From the NCBI GenBank assembly GCA_016784875.1, contig JADHTX010000001.1:1-51730 (forward strand): 51,730 nt of DNA, in the 5' to 3' direction. Source of the DNA: Methylobacter sp. (GTDB taxonomy: Bacteria > Pseudomonadota > Gammaproteobacteria > Methylococcales > Methylomonadaceae). Position 1 is the stretch's first letter. Each line of letters begins with the position of its first letter. The position numbers were made by a program, and so were the translations under genes. The notes under the pieces were generated by a model. It worked only from the letters and a program-made list of their open reading frames with translations, was not told the DNA's origin and ran no database searches. Below, piece by piece: positions 50,104-51,730 of this stretch.

Positions 50104-50555
50104 TGTTTGAAGATTTACGCGACCTCTACCAGGAGGTGATATTCGACCACAACCGCAACCCGCGTAATTTCCGGGTTATGGACAATGCCGACCGCAAGGT
50201 GGAAGGCTTTAATCCGCTGTGCGGCGACCGTTTGACTTTATATTTGAAAATGGACGGCGATACCATTACCGATGCCAGTTTTCAGGGTTCAGGCTGCGCC
50301 ATTTCCACAGCTTCGGTTTCGTTAATGACCGAGATCGTCAAAGGCAAAACCGAACAGGAAGCCGAGGACTTGTTTAAAAAATTCCATGAAATGACTACCG
50401 GAAAAGATGAGAAGTTCAATCTTGAAGCGGTCGGCAAACTGGCGGTATTAGCCGGAGTGCGCGAATATCCTGCTCGGGTTAAATGTGCGACCTTGGCTTG
50501 GCACACGTTGGATGCGGCGTTGAAAAACGAACAAAAGTCAATTTCCACAGAGTAA
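50103..50555 (+). CDS. sufU: SUF system NifU-family protein SufU
   Basis: NPLCGD, GSGCAIS.AS.S, PARVKCATL.WH. Confidence 0.95.
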   Translation: MFEDLRDLYQEVIFDHNRNPRNFRVMDNADRKVEGFNPLCGDRLTLYLKMDGDTITDASFQGSGCAISTASVSLMTEIVKGKTEQEAEDLFKKFHEMTTGKDEKFNLEAVGKLAVLAGVREYPARVKCATLAWHTLDAALKNEQKSISTE

Positions 50556-51368
50556 ATGTCGTCGCAAAAAAACGCCGGTGCCGCGCCTGTTCCTGACAAG
50601 CTTATAACATACACGCCATCAAAACCGGCGGTACTTTATCAAGGGCAGGGCGATAGCCTGCCTTTTCAGCAGCTGGCAGACAGGTTGGGCGTTCCTTTGC
50701 ATCAATCCCCAAGCGATACTCAGGAAGAATTCTTTTTAACCTGGCGCGATGGTTGCTTAAAGCTGCTCGACCGGGAGCTGCTTAAAAAAGGCGGCATGAC
50801 TGTCGAAATAGAGCCGCGCAACGGAGAGCAGCGTTCATGGCCTGCACCCAAAGACGGCGCGTTGGCGCAGGCTTTGGGACGAAAAACCAGAACCGTTGTC
50901 GATGCGACTACCGGCTGGGGTCAGGACAGTCTGCACATCTTCCGCATGGGCTACGAACTGCTGTGTATCGAACGATCTCCGGTTATGGCGGAATTGCTGG
51001 CAGACGGTTTTGTTCGACTGGCGCAACTTGACTGGATGCAGCGGCTTAATCTTGAGTCGCCCCGATTGCTACAGGGCAATGCCATTGACTTGTTAGCCAA
51101 TCTGGAAACTCAGCCTGATTGTATTTATCTTGATCCGATGTTTCCGCCTAAGCGCAAAAAATCCGCATTAGCTAAAAAATCCATGATGGTGTTGCGCGAT
51201 TTGCTGGGCGACGACCCGGACAAGGAGCAACTTTTTGAGGCCGCGATAAATGCAGCCGGAAAACGGGTGGTGGTGAAAAGCCCCGATTATGCCGAACCTT
51301 TGGGCGGTAAGCCTAGCCAAAGTTTCCAGGGCAAGTTGCTGCGGTATGATGTTTATTTGAAAGGTTAA
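50556..51368 (+). CDS. rsmJ: 16S rRNA m2G1516 methyltransferase RsmJ-like
   Basis: VVDATTGWGQD, ERSP, YLDPMFP, KRVVVK.P, RYDVY. Confidence 0.85.
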   Translation: MSSQKNAGAAPVPDKLITYTPSKPAVLYQGQGDSLPFQQLADRLGVPLHQSPSDTQEEFFLTWRDGCLKLLDRELLKKGGMTVEIEPRNGEQRSWPAPKDGALAQALGRKTRTVVDATTGWGQDSLHIFRMGYELLCIERSPVMAELLADGFVRLAQLDWMQRLNLESPRLLQGNAIDLLANLETQPDCIYLDPMFPPKRKKSALAKKSMMVLRDLLGDDPDKEQLFEAAINAAGKRVVVKSPDYAEPLGGKPSQSFQGKLLRYDVYLKG

Positions 51369-51389
51369 AGGACAGAAAAACCCATAAAC

Positions 51390-51459
51390 GGAGCCGTGAC
51401 TTCAGTCGCGCAGTTGCGTTCATGTCAAGCCAACACCGCGACTGAAGTAGCGGCTCCAC
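51390..51459. repeat. Inverted REP-like pair
   Basis: GGAGCCGTGACTTCAGTCGCG ... CGCGACTGAAGTAGCGGCTCC, each unit internally palindromic. Confidence 0.7.
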
Positions 51460-51502
51460 GCCTTGCGGCGTTCATTTTACAAGACAAAATAACGGTAAAA
51501 AT

Positions 51503-51730
51503 ATGTCGGACTGGATAGATGTAATTGATGAAAACGCCTTGGCGAATGGCGAAAATAGGGTCATAGATGTCGATGGTACCGATGTCGCCGTCTTCAAAAT
51601 TGACGGTCAATTTTATGCGATTGAAGATGTCTGTACCCATGACGGCGCGGAAATCGCCAGCGGCATATTGGAAGGCGACGAGATTATCTGCCCCCGACAC
51701 GGCGCTCGTTTTTGCGTGAAAACCGGCGCA
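51503..51730 (+). CDS. Rieske (2Fe-2S) ferredoxin, 3' truncated by window edge
   Basis: Not in ORF track. MSDWIDV...FYAIEDVCTHDG...IICPRHGARF has the CxH/CxxH Rieske ligands. Confidence 0.93.
   Translation, partial: MSDWIDVIDENALANGENRVIDVDGTDVAVFKIDGQFYAIEDVCTHDGAEIASGILEGDEIICPRHGARFCVKTGA

Noticed and set aside
51425-51700. Minus-strand 91-aa ORF
   Set aside because: Shadow of the plus-strand Rieske ferredoxin.

Overview
Gammaproteobacterial chromosomal segment. Protein similarity and gene order suggest a Methylococcales (Methylobacter-like) methanotroph, which is an inference. From left to right: 3' part of an oxidoreductase-SelD fusion; pfkB kinase; a CusCBA-type Cu/Ag efflux operon whose RPP-ending leader ORF and cusA both carry in-frame stops; an ihfB paralog; an AraC / TonB-dependent receptor / lipoprotein amidohydrolase module; smbP; a nested MITE with an 8-bp TSD; the first half of an aryl-polyene-type cluster (apeC-J-like plus ammonia-lyase) cut off by a divergent serC; an smpB operon with an MnmM-like methylase and an FAD oxidoreductase; NSS transporter-ratA-rnfH; a two-gene ATPase/nuclease (AAA-DUF4143 + NACHT/STAND) candidate defence insertion preceded by a perfect 38-bp palindrome; bamE-fur-lolCD-DUF2062-comEC; and a suf operon interrupted by decayed toxin-antitoxin genes and an antisense Uma2 gene. 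The most unusual signal is a 51-bp double-hairpin element with GGA loops and compensatory base changes, inserted in-frame in the same reading frame in two unrelated genes (comEC, sufD). It adds the peptide I[PS]RDGVYAA[SN][PL]SGT[GD]AA to both proteins.
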